Positions 27,389-37,468 of a stretch of DNA of 64,000 bases are shown here, in pieces. A model generated the notes under the pieces. That model saw only the letters and a program-made list of their open reading frames with translations. It made no database searches and was not told the DNA's origin. The position numbers were made by a program, and so were the translations under genes. Every line of letters begins with the position of its first letter. The stretch's first letter is position 1. Source of the DNA: Ruminococcus gauvreauii (lineage in GTDB: Bacteria; Bacillota; Clostridia; Lachnospirales; Lachnospiraceae); the NCBI RefSeq assembly GCF_025151995.1, contig NZ_CP102290.1, positions 1,419,571 to 1,483,570 of the forward strand, in the 5' to 3' direction.

Positions 27389-27871
27389 ATGAAAGATAAA
27401 AACTGGATTGATTCCATGAAAAATCTCGGCGCCATCCGGCTGTTTTGCAGCCTGTATCTGAGAAAATCCAGAAAAGGAGCCGTTACGTCTGCACAGGAAG
27501 TAGATCTGCTGTTTCGCACCGCACTTGCAGCAGGCTCAATCACACCGCTGGAATTGAGCTTGCAGATGGGAATCAGCAAAACCATCGTCAGCAGACTCAT
27601 TGAACATCTGACCGGAAAACATCTGGTCAAAAAAATCTACAGCGCAGATGATAAACGAAGTTATTATCTGAAGATCACCGAAACAGGAAAACAGGAATTA
27701 GACACCATGTATTACTATTATCTCGGACCACTGTATGACCTGCAGGAACATCTGGGAAATGAAGATTATGAAGAACTGATACGTTTGATTCAAAAAGCCA
27801 ATGAATCCATGGTTTCCAAACTTCAGAATGGCAGCGGAAATACCGGACATATCGATAAAGCATCATTTTAA
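27389..27871 (+). CDS. MarR family transcriptional regulator
   Basis: Winged-helix region (LELSLQMGISKTIVSRLIEHLTGKHLVKKIYSADDKRSYYLKITETG). Confidence 0.75.
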   Translation: MKDKNWIDSMKNLGAIRLFCSLYLRKSRKGAVTSAQEVDLLFRTALAAGSITPLELSLQMGISKTIVSRLIEHLTGKHLVKKIYSADDKRSYYLKITETGKQELDTMYYYYLGPLYDLQEHLGNEDYEELIRLIQKANESMVSKLQNGSGNTGHIDKASF

Positions 27872-27892
27872 ATTGAAAAAGGAGGAGTTTTT

Positions 27893-28969
27893 TTGACATT
27901 TTATCAAGAGCTTCAATTAAATTCAGCCGGTTCAAAAGAGTTAATCCGGCAAGCACAGGATAAGAAAGAAAAGTGGAGGCACATACTGATCTATAATTTC
28001 AAAGTATACCTCGTGGTGGCATTTTGCTTTGCGGTAGTTTCCATCTACAGTATGATCTTCGGCTCCGACAACAGTGTGGCCGGAGTTGTGGTACTGCTCG
28101 CGCTTATGGTACTGCGGCAGGTGGATTTCGGAATCAAGACCTCTCACGGTGTTGGGGTGATATTCCTGATTTTCGGAATTCTGGCGGCAGGCCCCCGGCT
28201 TTCCAATATGCTGAGTCCTGTCCCTGCGTTTTGTGTTAATGTTATCTGCATTTTGGGTATCATGGTGCTCGGCTGTCACAATGTGCTGATGTCCAATCAA
28301 TCGACCTTTGTGCTGGCCTACCTGCTGCTTCAGGGGTACGATGTAACCGGTCATTCTTATATGACGAGAATTACCGGGCTTGCCCTGGGTGCTGCCGTCT
28401 GCGCTCTGGTCTTTCACATCCGGCACCGCGGCCGGGTCTATAAAAGAAGTTTCTCACATCTGTTCAGGGAATTTTCCTTATGCTCGGCAAGAACACAGTG
28501 GTATATCCGCCTGACGCTCGGCGTATCTTCCGCAATGCTGATCGCCTCGCTGCTTCATATCCCTCGTGTCATGTGGGTGGGAATTGCCTCTATGTCAGTC
28601 CTGCTTCCATTTGCAGAGGACCTGAAATACCGTGTCAGGCGCCGCGCACCCTTTAATATACTGGGCTGTGCCATCTTTTTGCTGCTTTACACACTCCTGC
28701 CCAAAAGCATGTATGCCTTTATCGGACTGATAGGCGGTATCGGCGTCGGCTATTCCGCAGGCTATTCGTGGCAGACAGTGTTTAATACATTCGGTGCACT
28801 TGCGATTGCCTCCGATGTATTCGGCTTAGGCGCGGCGATCCTGCTGAGAATTTCCGCAAACGTATTCGCTTCGCTGTATTCTCTGATTTTCAACAGCATG
28901 ATACAGCGTGTACAGTCCTGGATCAGCGGTGTTTCCCAGGGGCGCGGCGCGGTGAATGATGTGGGATAA
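27893..28969 (+). CDS. Polytopic membrane protein, FUSC/aromatic-acid-exporter-like
   Basis: Multiple TM helices. TTG start preceded by RBS AAAGGAGGAG. Paired with the MarR gene. Confidence 0.5.
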   Translation: MTFYQELQLNSAGSKELIRQAQDKKEKWRHILIYNFKVYLVVAFCFAVVSIYSMIFGSDNSVAGVVVLLALMVLRQVDFGIKTSHGVGVIFLIFGILAAGPRLSNMLSPVPAFCVNVICILGIMVLGCHNVLMSNQSTFVLAYLLLQGYDVTGHSYMTRITGLALGAAVCALVFHIRHRGRVYKRSFSHLFREFSLCSARTQWYIRLTLGVSSAMLIASLLHIPRVMWVGIASMSVLLPFAEDLKYRVRRRAPFNILGCAIFLLLYTLLPKSMYAFIGLIGGIGVGYSAGYSWQTVFNTFGALAIASDVFGLGAAILLRISANVFASLYSLIFNSMIQRVQSWISGVSQGRGAVNDVG

Positions 28970-28972
28970 ATA

Positions 28973-29677
28973 TTATTTCCACACCCTAATCGGTACCGCC
29001 TCCGTTTTTTCAACACATATGCTGCTCAGGTTAAACCAGCTCTTACACCGATCCAGTATTACAGAATCTGAAGTCATCACACATTCCTGATTCTGAAGTA
29101 ACCGGTCCACATCATGAACCACCTGAATATCGAGCTCTGCCCTGTAATCTTCCCAGACTTCAGCGATGAGACTTTTCAGCCGGCCGGAATTGGATACCGG
29201 TGCATCCAGATAGAACACTGCTTTCCTGATCCCTAAATCATCCAGCGTATCAGCGATCAGCCTTATAGCTTTCGGAGTCTCTTCGATCAGCCGGTAAGTT
29301 CCGCGCAGCCCTGCCAGATCCCGGATCGTTCCATCCATGCAGTGCAAAAGCAGTGACTCACACAATGCGATCTCAAGTGTGATAACGCTGTTAAACCCAT
29401 CAATATGAACTGTCCTGCCCGCCATAGATTCTTTCACGCATTCTTTATCTCTGCGCCGCCTGAGCTGATCATCGGATGCAGTACTGCGTACGACAGCCAG
29501 GCGCTGACGCTCTGACAGCAGAAAATGATTTCCCACAAAAACTGATGCATTTTTCATCCGATATCCTTCATTTAGCAGGTAGCATACGTGTTTTGATGCT
29601 TTATTTAATGTCTCGATTGATTGCGGACTAAATTCCCGGGTATCGTGTGGACTGCCGCCTCTTTTTATTGTACTCAT
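28973..29677 (-). CDS. Hypothetical protein with a possible NYN/PIN-like motif (VHIDGFN)
   Basis: 234 aa. The central RTVHIDGFNSVITLE resembles the DG(Y/F)N nucleotide-binding motif of NYN/YacP-type domains. Weak evidence. Confidence 0.4.
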   Translation of the reverse strand: MSTIKRGGSPHDTREFSPQSIETLNKASKHVCYLLNEGYRMKNASVFVGNHFLLSERQRLAVVRSTASDDQLRRRRDKECVKESMAGRTVHIDGFNSVITLEIALCESLLLHCMDGTIRDLAGLRGTYRLIEETPKAIRLIADTLDDLGIRKAVFYLDAPVSNSGRLKSLIAEVWEDYRAELDIQVVHDVDRLLQNQECVMTSDSVILDRCKSWFNLSSICVEKTEAVPIRVWK

Positions 29678-29712
29678 ATATGTATTTTAACACAGTACAT
29701 CATAGATATACC

Positions 29713-30348
29713 CTATTCAATTATAATGGGCGAACCACAGTATTCGCACTCACTTATCGTTCCAACTGTAACCAGATTATTCGCCCCACAATTTTTACAA
29801 ACTACAACTTCTTGCTGTAACGTCTGACTAGTCTCAGCATATACAACATCCTTATTCTTCCGTTCGTTATGCGGCAAAACAATTTCACTATTTCCATGAT
29901 CAATATAAGCGTTGCTAAAATACCCTCTATCGATCATTGCCTCAAGATCTTTGACAACTTGTTTCTGGTTCATACTCATCGCTGAAGCTATATTTTCAAT
30001 GGAGGTCTGCTGATTATTAATCACAATATTAATATACTTTTTATATTTTTCACCGGACATTTTAACTTTCTTAGCAGAGTATAGCATTAAAATACCCCCA
30101 CCGACAAAGAAAACCAAACCAATTGCAAGATCCCCTGCTGTTACGGTTTTATCCGATATGCTTCCCATCGAACCAATAATACCAATAGCGACAAAGATCC
30201 AGCCAATAACACTCAGAACCTTACTATTTTTCATCGCAGCCGCTTTATCTGTACTGATTTTTTTATATAGAAAGTACAATCCAACTGGCCAAAACACAAT
30301 TAATAACAGTATAACCACTAACCATGATACCGATTTCTTTTTCACCAT
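29713..30348 (-). CDS. Membrane protein with 2-3 TM helices and a C-terminal zinc ribbon
   Basis: TM segments (WLVVILLLIVFWPVGLYFLY; VIGWIFVAIGIIGSM; LAIGLVFFVGGGILMLY) and CKNCGANN...CEYCGSPI zinc ribbon. Paralog of the 30364-30906 gene. Confidence 0.55.
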   Translation of the reverse strand: MVKKKSVSWLVVILLLIVFWPVGLYFLYKKISTDKAAAMKNSKVLSVIGWIFVAIGIIGSMGSISDKTVTAGDLAIGLVFFVGGGILMLYSAKKVKMSGEKYKKYINIVINNQQTSIENIASAMSMNQKQVVKDLEAMIDRGYFSNAYIDHGNSEIVLPHNERKNKDVVYAETSQTLQQEVVVCKNCGANNLVTVGTISECEYCGSPIIIE

Positions 30349-30363
30349 AAAGCCTCCCCCCTT

Positions 30364-30906
30364 TTATTGTATTGGTGAGCCACAGTACTCACATTCACAA
30401 ACCTGTCCCTTGGGAATTTTATTGATCCCTCCGCAATTTTTACAGGTAACTGTAGTATATTCGATATTCTTATTAACTAAAGGTTTATCATACTGACCGG
30501 ATCTCTTTGAGCAAATCACAATCCGATTTTTCTGTTTATCGATATAGGCATCCGCAAAGTATTTTTTCTTAATCATATAATTCAAATTTTTATATACTTC
30601 ATCCTGCGATGATCCAGATGCAGACGCTAAATTTTCAATAGACCCTGTCGGGTCCGTAGATAACTGTGCTGCATACCGTTTATACTCTTTTAGAATTTTT
30701 TTTCTCTTTAATCCGAAAAAAATAATGGCAGCGCCGATCAACGTCAGTATCCACATAATAATAATTGTACCAGCCCCGTCTTTTTCCATATCAAACATAC
30801 TATATATCGCTGTCAGACCAAACAGAAATGTAATAAAGCATCCACATATCAGCTGTATTATTTGTATGCTTTTACTTATCATAATAGCCATTTGTGATTT
30901 ATTCAT
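30364..30906 (-). CDS. Membrane protein with C-terminal zinc ribbon (paralog of the 29713-30348 gene)
   Basis: Same architecture. Conserved central block IENLASASGSSQDEVYKNLNYMIKKKYFADAYIDKQKNRIV and C-terminal CKNCGGIN...CEYCGSPIQ. Confidence 0.55.
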   Translation of the reverse strand: MNKSQMAIMISKSIQIIQLICGCFITFLFGLTAIYSMFDMEKDGAGTIIIMWILTLIGAAIIFFGLKRKKILKEYKRYAAQLSTDPTGSIENLASASGSSQDEVYKNLNYMIKKKYFADAYIDKQKNRIVICSKRSGQYDKPLVNKNIEYTTVTCKNCGGINKIPKGQVCECEYCGSPIQ

Positions 30907-30937
30907 TTCCTAAGTTTTCCCTTCTTCTATTGCTTCT

Positions 30938-31336
30938 TCAATTCTTTTTCATTATTTCTTTCGCAATATGAACAAATAATATTTCCAGTATCAATGCAAC
31001 AGCGAACAAAATAATCTGAATTATTAAAAAGCCTTTTAATCCTGCATTAGAAAAATTCATATATATTAGTGAAATTACAATAACGACTGCTGAATAAGCA
31101 GCAATTACACTTCCCCCGCCGGCTCTTAAGATAATTTGCTCTGATTTATCTGCCAACCTTTCAATCATTATCATACCTGAAAAAAATATAATTTCAGCAA
31201 ATAATACAAATGTAAAACTAATCCATTTTTTAGTATTCATTGACTCTTTCCCAATCAGCAAAAAGCTCAGAACTGTAGCAATAACAAGCACACTCCCCAG
31301 GCTCAGCAATAGTTTTGATCGTTTATTATAGTCCAT
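30938..31336 (-). CDS. Small 4-TM membrane protein
   Basis: 132 aa with four hydrophobic helices. In operon context with the SPFH protein. Confidence 0.45.
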   Translation of the reverse strand: MDYNKRSKLLLSLGSVLVIATVLSFLLIGKESMNTKKWISFTFVLFAEIIFFSGMIMIERLADKSEQIILRAGGGSVIAAYSAVVIVISLIYMNFSNAGLKGFLIIQIILFAVALILEILFVHIAKEIMKKN

Positions 31337-31351
31337 AAACGCCCTCCCTTC

Positions 31352-32650
31352 TTACAATTTTATTCCACAATCAGGGCAGAATTTTGGTTTTCCTTCTATT
31401 ATCGTATTACATTCTGGACAATGTTCAACCAGTGCTTCACCGCACTCCGGACAAAATTTAACATTGCCCGGTATTTCAGCTTCACATTTAGGGCAGCGCT
31501 TTGGAAGATGATAACCACATATCCCACAAACTTCAGCGTTATCTTCAAGATCGGCACCACATTCCGGACAAGGATTATAACGCTTGCCACATTCCGGGCA
31601 AAATTTAGATTTTCCGTTAAGCTTATTTCCACACTTAAAACATACAATATTTCCTGATGCAGGCGACTCTTTCACGTTCGCTCGTAGATCAAAACCACAC
31701 ATTCCGCAAAATCTATACTGTTTATCCACATTCGTATGGCATTTAGGGCACTCTATCATATCATCTACAGTTTTTATTTCCTGCGCCACAGATCCAAATA
31801 CATTTCCAACGGCTCCTCCTAATCCAACTCCCATGCCAAGTCCCATACCAGCTCCCATAAAAGACGCAGAATTCGATCCGGGATTGACAGCCGCACCTTC
31901 TAATGTATCAAAGGATCTTTCCTGCTGATAACTGTAACCAATAATATTCATCTCGGCCTTTTTTGCAAGGGCATCTTTCAGTGTCATAACTGCAGGATCA
32001 TCCTCGGGTACGCTGATATCATTTACATAAAAGTTGGCCAGTTTGATACCATACTCATCCATTGTCGGTTCAATTCGTTCCTTCAGATATATTGATAATT
32101 GATCAATATACGCATTTATTTCGAGAACAGAAATTTGTTCGTGTATTACATAAGAAGAGATAGCATCTTTAACTTTTGTTATATATAATCCCCTGAAATA
32201 TTTTATAAGATTTTGCTTGTCAAACACTGGAAGAGTACCAACTAATTTTACCAAAAATTTTTGTGAATCATCAATCTGTATCCCGAATATTCCGTTGGAA
32301 CGTATCGGTACAAAAACCCCATATTTCTGATCTTGAATTTGAATCGGGCTTGCGGTTCCCCATTTAACATCAAGTGAAAAAGCTTTGTTTATGTACCATA
32401 TTTCAGCCGTGAACGGCGAACGGCCTCCAAACGGCAGATTAACAATTTTATTTAGAAACGGTATATTGGCCGTCTCAAGTGTATGACGACCACTCCCAAA
32501 TATATCCAATGCTTTTCCGCCCTTAAACAGCACTGCTTCCTGCGACTCATTTACAATCAGCTGTGTCCAGGTTCCCAATTCCTCGCTGGGATATTTCCAC
32601 GCAAATACATCGGATCCACCATTATACTTTACCACCTCTACTATAGCCAT
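31352..32650 (-). CDS. SPFH/band-7 domain protein (YdjI-like) with five tandem C-terminal zinc-ribbon repeats
   Basis: N-terminus MAIVEVVKYNGGSDVFAWKYP...LIVNESQEAVLFKGGKALDIFGSGRHTL matches the YdjI-type SPFH start. A Gly/Met-rich linker is followed by five CxxC-N10-13-CxxC units (CPKCHT..CGMCG; CFKCGN..CPECG; CPECGA..CGICG; CPKCEA..CPECG; CPECNT..CPDCG). Start trimmed to MAIVEV with RBS GGAGG. Confidence 0.7.
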   Translation of the reverse strand: MAIVEVVKYNGGSDVFAWKYPSEELGTWTQLIVNESQEAVLFKGGKALDIFGSGRHTLETANIPFLNKIVNLPFGGRSPFTAEIWYINKAFSLDVKWGTASPIQIQDQKYGVFVPIRSNGIFGIQIDDSQKFLVKLVGTLPVFDKQNLIKYFRGLYITKVKDAISSYVIHEQISVLEINAYIDQLSIYLKERIEPTMDEYGIKLANFYVNDISVPEDDPAVMTLKDALAKKAEMNIIGYSYQQERSFDTLEGAAVNPGSNSASFMGAGMGLGMGVGLGGAVGNVFGSVAQEIKTVDDMIECPKCHTNVDKQYRFCGMCGFDLRANVKESPASGNIVCFKCGNKLNGKSKFCPECGKRYNPCPECGADLEDNAEVCGICGYHLPKRCPKCEAEIPGNVKFCPECGEALVEHCPECNTIIEGKPKFCPDCGIKL

Positions 32651-32856
32651 TTTCAACCTCCAGTTATTTCTATTTTTCTGCAAAAGCAGTATTTTCTGCA
32701 TGCCCTGTCCGCGAATCATACACAAATTATATCATATCGCTTCTATTATTTATAGTACAACTAATTCATATACGCGGTTTTTCTATAGCCACAGCAATTG
32801 GCATACTAGACGTAAAGATGGCAAGCAATCTAAAAAGTCACCTCCCATCTCAACAT

Positions 32857-34779
32857 TTATTCTATATTCTCTTCTCTGCGCGCTCTCGTCCTGATTTCAT
32901 CTTTCACATCATCAATAAAGCTATTCAGCTCTTTCTGTCCTTCATCCCCTTCAAACCTGCTTCTCACCGAAATAAGACCGTTCTCTTCCTCCTTCTGCCC
33001 GACAACAAGCATATAAGGCACCCTTTCATTGCGGGCTTCACGGATCTTATATCCGATTTTCTCAGCACGTTCATCAATTTCGCAGCGGATCCCCGCCTCT
33101 TTCAGACGATTCAGTACATGATAACCATACTCCGAGTATTTGTCAGAGATAGGCAGAACCTTAACCTGCACCGGTGCCAGCCATGTGGGAAATTTCCCCG
33201 CAAAGTGTTCTGTCAGTATACCGATAAACCGCTCAATGGAGCCGAAGCATACGCGGTGGATCATAATCGGCCGATGCATCTCTCCGTCGGCTCCGATGTA
33301 TTCCGCCTCAAACCGCTGCGGTAGCTGAAAATCCAGCTGAATCGTGCCGCACTGCCACGTTCTTCCGATGGCATCCACCAGATGGAAATCTATCTTCGGA
33401 CCGTAGAAAGCGCCGTCCCCTTCATTGACAATATATTCAAGATTCATCTCCTCCAGCGCCTCACGCAGACCATTTGTCGCCATGTCCCAGTCCTCGTCAC
33501 TCCCCATGGAGTCTTCCGGACGTGTGGACAATTCAATCAGGTATCTGAAGCCAAACAGCTGATATACTTCAGAAATCAGCCGGACAACCCCTTTAATCTC
33601 ATCACGTATCTGCTCCGGTGTCATGAATATATGGGCATCATCCTGATTAAAACATCTGACACGCATCAATCCGTGAAGCGCGCCGGATTTCTCATGGCGG
33701 TGCACCAGTCCAACCTCAGCCAGCCGGAGGGGCAGTTCCCGGTAGGAATGCGGCTGTGATTTGTAAACAAGCATACCCCCTGGACAGTTCATGGGTTTAA
33801 TGGCGAAATCCTCATCATCGATCACCGTTGTATACATATTTTCTTTATAATGGTCCCAATGTCCGGACGTTTCCCATAAATGACGGTTCAGCATTACCGG
33901 GGTTGAAATCTCCACATACCCTTCACGTTCATGAATCTCGCGCCAATACTGCATCAAGGTGTTCTTTAGTACCATTCCCTTCGGCAAAAAGAACGGAAAA
34001 CCAGGTCCTTCTTCCGAAAACATGAACAGGTTAAGCTCCTTACCCAGTTTTCTGTGATCCCTTTTCTTTGCCTCCTCAAGCATAGTCACATATGCCTCCA
34101 GATCAGCATTCTTCGTGTATGCGGTTCCATAGATCCTGGTCAGCATCTTATTTTTCTCATTGCCCCGCCAATATGCCCCGGCAATCTTCATGAGCCTGAA
34201 CGCTTTCACCGATTTCGTCGACATCAGATGCGGGCCCGCACAGAGATCTGTAAAATCACCCTGGCGGTACAGACTGATCACAGCGTCCTCCGGCAGGTCA
34301 CGGATCAGTTCTACTTTGTATGGTTCATCCTTTTTTTCAAAAAAACAAATGGCTTCTTCCCTTGAGAGTTCAAATCGTTCAAGCGCAAGGTTCTCCTTCA
34401 CAATCTTTTTCATCTCCGCTTCGATCGCCGGAAAATCTTCCGAAGTTAACGTCTTGTCACTGTCAATATCATAATAAAATCCATCATCAATGGACGGACC
34501 GATCGCCAGCTTTGCATTCGGGTAAAGCCGTTTGACCGCCTGTGCCATGATATGTGCCGCGGTATGACGAAACGCATCTTTTCCTCCTTTATCCGCAAAG
34601 GTAAGAACACTGACGCAGCAATCCCTGTCAACAACCGTGCGCAGATCCACCCGCTCTCCATCTACCTCTCCTGCACATGCTGCCCGTGCAAGACCTTCAC
34701 TCAAGTCCTTTGCGATGTCTAAAATGCTCTTTGCCTCCGTATATTCCCTGACGGAACCATCTTTTAACGTTACTTTCAT
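32857..34779 (-). CDS. thrS: Threonine--tRNA ligase
   Basis: 640 aa with TGS domain start (MKVTLKDGSVREY), editing domain, class II core motifs (HRDHRKLGKELNLF; FRYLIELSTRPE) and C-terminal anticodon-binding domain. Confidence 0.95.
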   Translation of the reverse strand: MKVTLKDGSVREYTEAKSILDIAKDLSEGLARAACAGEVDGERVDLRTVVDRDCCVSVLTFADKGGKDAFRHTAAHIMAQAVKRLYPNAKLAIGPSIDDGFYYDIDSDKTLTSEDFPAIEAEMKKIVKENLALERFELSREEAICFFEKKDEPYKVELIRDLPEDAVISLYRQGDFTDLCAGPHLMSTKSVKAFRLMKIAGAYWRGNEKNKMLTRIYGTAYTKNADLEAYVTMLEEAKKRDHRKLGKELNLFMFSEEGPGFPFFLPKGMVLKNTLMQYWREIHEREGYVEISTPVMLNRHLWETSGHWDHYKENMYTTVIDDEDFAIKPMNCPGGMLVYKSQPHSYRELPLRLAEVGLVHRHEKSGALHGLMRVRCFNQDDAHIFMTPEQIRDEIKGVVRLISEVYQLFGFRYLIELSTRPEDSMGSDEDWDMATNGLREALEEMNLEYIVNEGDGAFYGPKIDFHLVDAIGRTWQCGTIQLDFQLPQRFEAEYIGADGEMHRPIMIHRVCFGSIERFIGILTEHFAGKFPTWLAPVQVKVLPISDKYSEYGYHVLNRLKEAGIRCEIDERAEKIGYKIREARNERVPYMLVVGQKEEENGLISVRSRFEGDEGQKELNSFIDDVKDEIRTRARREENIE

Positions 34780-34805
34780 GTCTATTTTCTCCTTTCAGAA
34801 ATTTT

Positions 34806-35066
34806 TCCAATAGAAAACGCCCCCTGCGCTTTCTATCTGGCGCAAGGGGCGAATAGTATCATTCGCGGTTCCACCCTCATTATTTCATGCAAAAAACATG
34901 GAATATCTCATCTTTGATGATAACGGAATCACCGGACCGGATTAGGGCCACTCCGAGATGGTCTTCCTGGTATGTTCCGCCAAGATACTCACAGCCCCTG
35001 GTAATACGCCATCTGGTATCTCTCTCTGAGAACTTTGCATACCGTACTCTTCTCTTCTACGTTTGA
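34806..35066 (-). promoter_or_regulatory. T-box riboswitch leader of thrS with promoter and terminator
   Basis: Consensus promoter TTGACA-17-TATAAT (plus coordinates 35100-35095 and 35077-35072). AGAGA box in stem I. Candidate ACC specifier in GGCGGAACATACCAGG. T-box sequence AATGAGGGTGGAACCGCG (plus 34864-34881 complement). Terminator GCCCCTTGCGC...GCGCAGGGGGC plus U-tract at 34812-34853. Confidence 0.8.
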
Positions 35067-35201
35067 CATAAATTATAGTTTATCGCGGAGTGAGTGTCAA
35101 GCCACGGCTTGAAAAACAAATATCCCTGCGGGCTGCTTGTTTTTCTGCGCACGTGGTATAATATTCATAAAAACCAGCGAGAGTCTGTGAAAGGAGTTTC
35201 C

Positions 35202-35762
35202 ATGTATACCTGGGAAGAATTAAATACCTTCGTCAATTCCTGCAGCCGCTGCGGTCTGTCCCGCTCCAGAATCTGTCCCGTTATGGGAAGAGGCAATCTT
35301 CAGTCCGATCTTATGTTTATCGCAGAGGCACCGGGCGCCGAAGAGGACAAAGCAGGCATCCCATTCATCGGTCCTGCCGGGCAGCTGTTTGACCAGCTTC
35401 TCGGCGACTGCGGCATCAGCCGGGAAGAGATTTATATCACCAACATACTAAAGTGCCATCCGCCGCGCAACCGTGACCCGCAGGACAGCGAAAAAGAAAG
35501 CTGTATCCCTTATCTTAAATATGAAATACTTCTGGTACGGCCGAAGATCATCGTCTGTCTCGGCAGGGTTGCCGCCCAGCGCATCCTGTCTTCCGATTAT
35601 CGGATCACAAGACAGCATGGACAGTGGATTCAACGGAAAAATTATGACCTCACCGCAGTCTATCACCCGTCTGCCATCCTGCGTGACCCCGGAAAACGTG
35701 AAGAGACCCGCCAGGATTTTCTGAGCATCGCAGATAAACTGAGAGCATGCAGGCACCAGTGA
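35202..35762 (+). CDS. Uracil-DNA glycosylase, family 4
   Basis: CSRCGLSRSR...VMGRGNLQSDLMFIAEAPGAEEDKAGIPFIGPAGQL matches the family-4 UDG signature. Start trimmed to MYTWEEL with RBS AAGGAG. Confidence 0.8.
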   Translation: MYTWEELNTFVNSCSRCGLSRSRICPVMGRGNLQSDLMFIAEAPGAEEDKAGIPFIGPAGQLFDQLLGDCGISREEIYITNILKCHPPRNRDPQDSEKESCIPYLKYEILLVRPKIIVCLGRVAAQRILSSDYRITRQHGQWIQRKNYDLTAVYHPSAILRDPGKREETRQDFLSIADKLRACRHQ

Positions 35763-35788
35763 ACACATTGGACTAACAGCCGTTGTCA

Positions 35789-36487
35789 TCAATGGAACTG
35801 GTATTCTAAGATTCGGTCGAAATTATTATTCAGTACATAGTAAACTTTCTGTTCTTTCACCGAGTACACAAAAGTAACACGGGTAGCCCATACGCCCTCC
35901 TGCCTCACAGATTCGAGTACTGACATTGCATCGGCAGCAGAAAAACTGCTGCCGAACGATTCCAGCAGTTCTGCTGCCCGTTCATACCTGTCATCTCCGG
36001 TAACAATATATGGCCGCGTTTCCTCCGGCATAAGCAGAGAATAGTTCGTTACGAGAGAATACCTTTCTTTTTCCAGCCTGTAGCCGATACCCGGCTCAAT
36101 CATCAGTACGCGCCCGCTTTTATCCGAAAGCATAGACTGCATGGTGGCATCCGGGGCATAGACGATGTTTCTGCTCCTCACAATGTCGAGTGCATCATCC
36201 AGGGAAATCTCCGCTCTTACAAAAGCCTCCGTAAGATCTGCGATCGAACAGCATTGGTCACCGCCACAATACTGTCCTTTCTCATTTCCATGCACATAGA
36301 GCAGTGTTCCCGCATTTCCATTAGCATTCACCCCATGAAACGAATGGTACCTGTGATCAGGCATCCGAATGCCGATATAGAACCGTTCCCTCTCTGTTAT
36401 CACTTTATGATCCCACACTGCAAGATCAATGTCAAAATTAAAACCCGTGATCATATCATCGCCGTTGTAAACAAACCGTGTGCACAT
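35789..36487 (-). CDS. Ntn-hydrolase-like protein (Met-Cys N-terminus; choloylglycine-hydrolase/linear-amide hydrolase-like), short form
   Basis: Begins MCTRF, consistent with an N-terminal nucleophile Cys after Met removal. At 232 aa it is shorter than canonical choloylglycine hydrolases. Confidence 0.4.
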   Translation of the reverse strand: MCTRFVYNGDDMITGFNFDIDLAVWDHKVITERERFYIGIRMPDHRYHSFHGVNANGNAGTLLYVHGNEKGQYCGGDQCCSIADLTEAFVRAEISLDDALDIVRSRNIVYAPDATMQSMLSDKSGRVLMIEPGIGYRLEKERYSLVTNYSLLMPEETRPYIVTGDDRYERAAELLESFGSSFSAADAMSVLESVRQEGVWATRVTFVYSVKEQKVYYVLNNNFDRILEYQFH

Positions 36488-36504
36488 CTCTTTTTTCCTT
36501 TTCT

Positions 36505-37137
36505 CTACTGTAATTCATTCAGGCTTCCGGACTGAATGGCGCCGATATTTTTCCTGATCCGCTCAGCCGGCCAGTCCCACCAGCGGATATCCTGTAATCT
36601 GGCGATTGTATCCTCCGTAAAGCGTTTCCTGATCGGTTTGGCGGGAATGCCTCCGACAATCGTGTACGGCGCCACATCGCGTGTGACGACAGCGCGTGTT
36701 CCAATAATCGCTCCGTCACCCACAGTCACACCCGCCATTATCACCGCCTCATATCCGATCCAGACATCATTCCCGATCACAATATCCCCCCGGTTATCCC
36801 ACGCATCCGCGACGTCCCTGCGGTCCAGTCCCCATTCCTCATAGAAAAGCGGAAAAGGGTATGCAGCCAACGAACGCATCGAGTGGTTGCCGCTGTTCAT
36901 CAGGAACTTTGCCCCGCAGGCAATAGAACAGAATTTCCCGATCACAAGCTTATCGCGGTTCACCGGATAATGATACAATACATTCTGCTTTTCGAACAGT
37001 ACCGGATCATGGACAAAGTCATTGTACATCGTGAAATCGCCAACCGATATATTGGGGCTTGTCACCACATTTTTCAGATAAACAGTATCCTTATCCCCGG
37101 TGCGGGGATAAATTCGTTTGTAGCACATGGCAGTCAC
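36505..37137 (-). CDS. Vat-family streptogramin A O-acetyltransferase (xenobiotic acetyltransferase, hexapeptide-repeat)
   Basis: Strong colinear similarity recalled to VatD: VLYHYPVNRDKLVIGKFCSIACGAKFLMNSGNHSMRS; IGNDVWIGYEAVIMAGVTVGDGAIIG; RFTEDTIARLQDIRWWDWP. Confidence 0.8.
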   Translation of the reverse strand: MTAMCYKRIYPRTGDKDTVYLKNVVTSPNISVGDFTMYNDFVHDPVLFEKQNVLYHYPVNRDKLVIGKFCSIACGAKFLMNSGNHSMRSLAAYPFPLFYEEWGLDRRDVADAWDNRGDIVIGNDVWIGYEAVIMAGVTVGDGAIIGTRAVVTRDVAPYTIVGGIPAKPIRKRFTEDTIARLQDIRWWDWPAERIRKNIGAIQSGSLNELQ

Positions 37138-37468
37138 CTCTTTTTTCTTATAGCTTTGACTTTATTGTACGCACTTATTCTTATCGGCTCAAGATAAAGA
37201 ATGGTTCGGTAATGTTTTGTATCAATATTACTGATGCACAGTAATGATAAATTTTTATGTAAACGCGGCAAACCAGTTTTCTGACTCTTACGATGGAATT
37301 TCTCTTTTTATTCGATAAACAGATTGACAGGATACATTGTGCATTGTATTGCACTAATCAGGAGGATGGGGAGGCAGGCAGGACAGATTCACGCCAATAA
37401 TTTTTGTGGTGCCGGTATTGCCACTGACGGTATAAGAGGCGATGCAACTAAAAAAGCTGGCATTAAAA

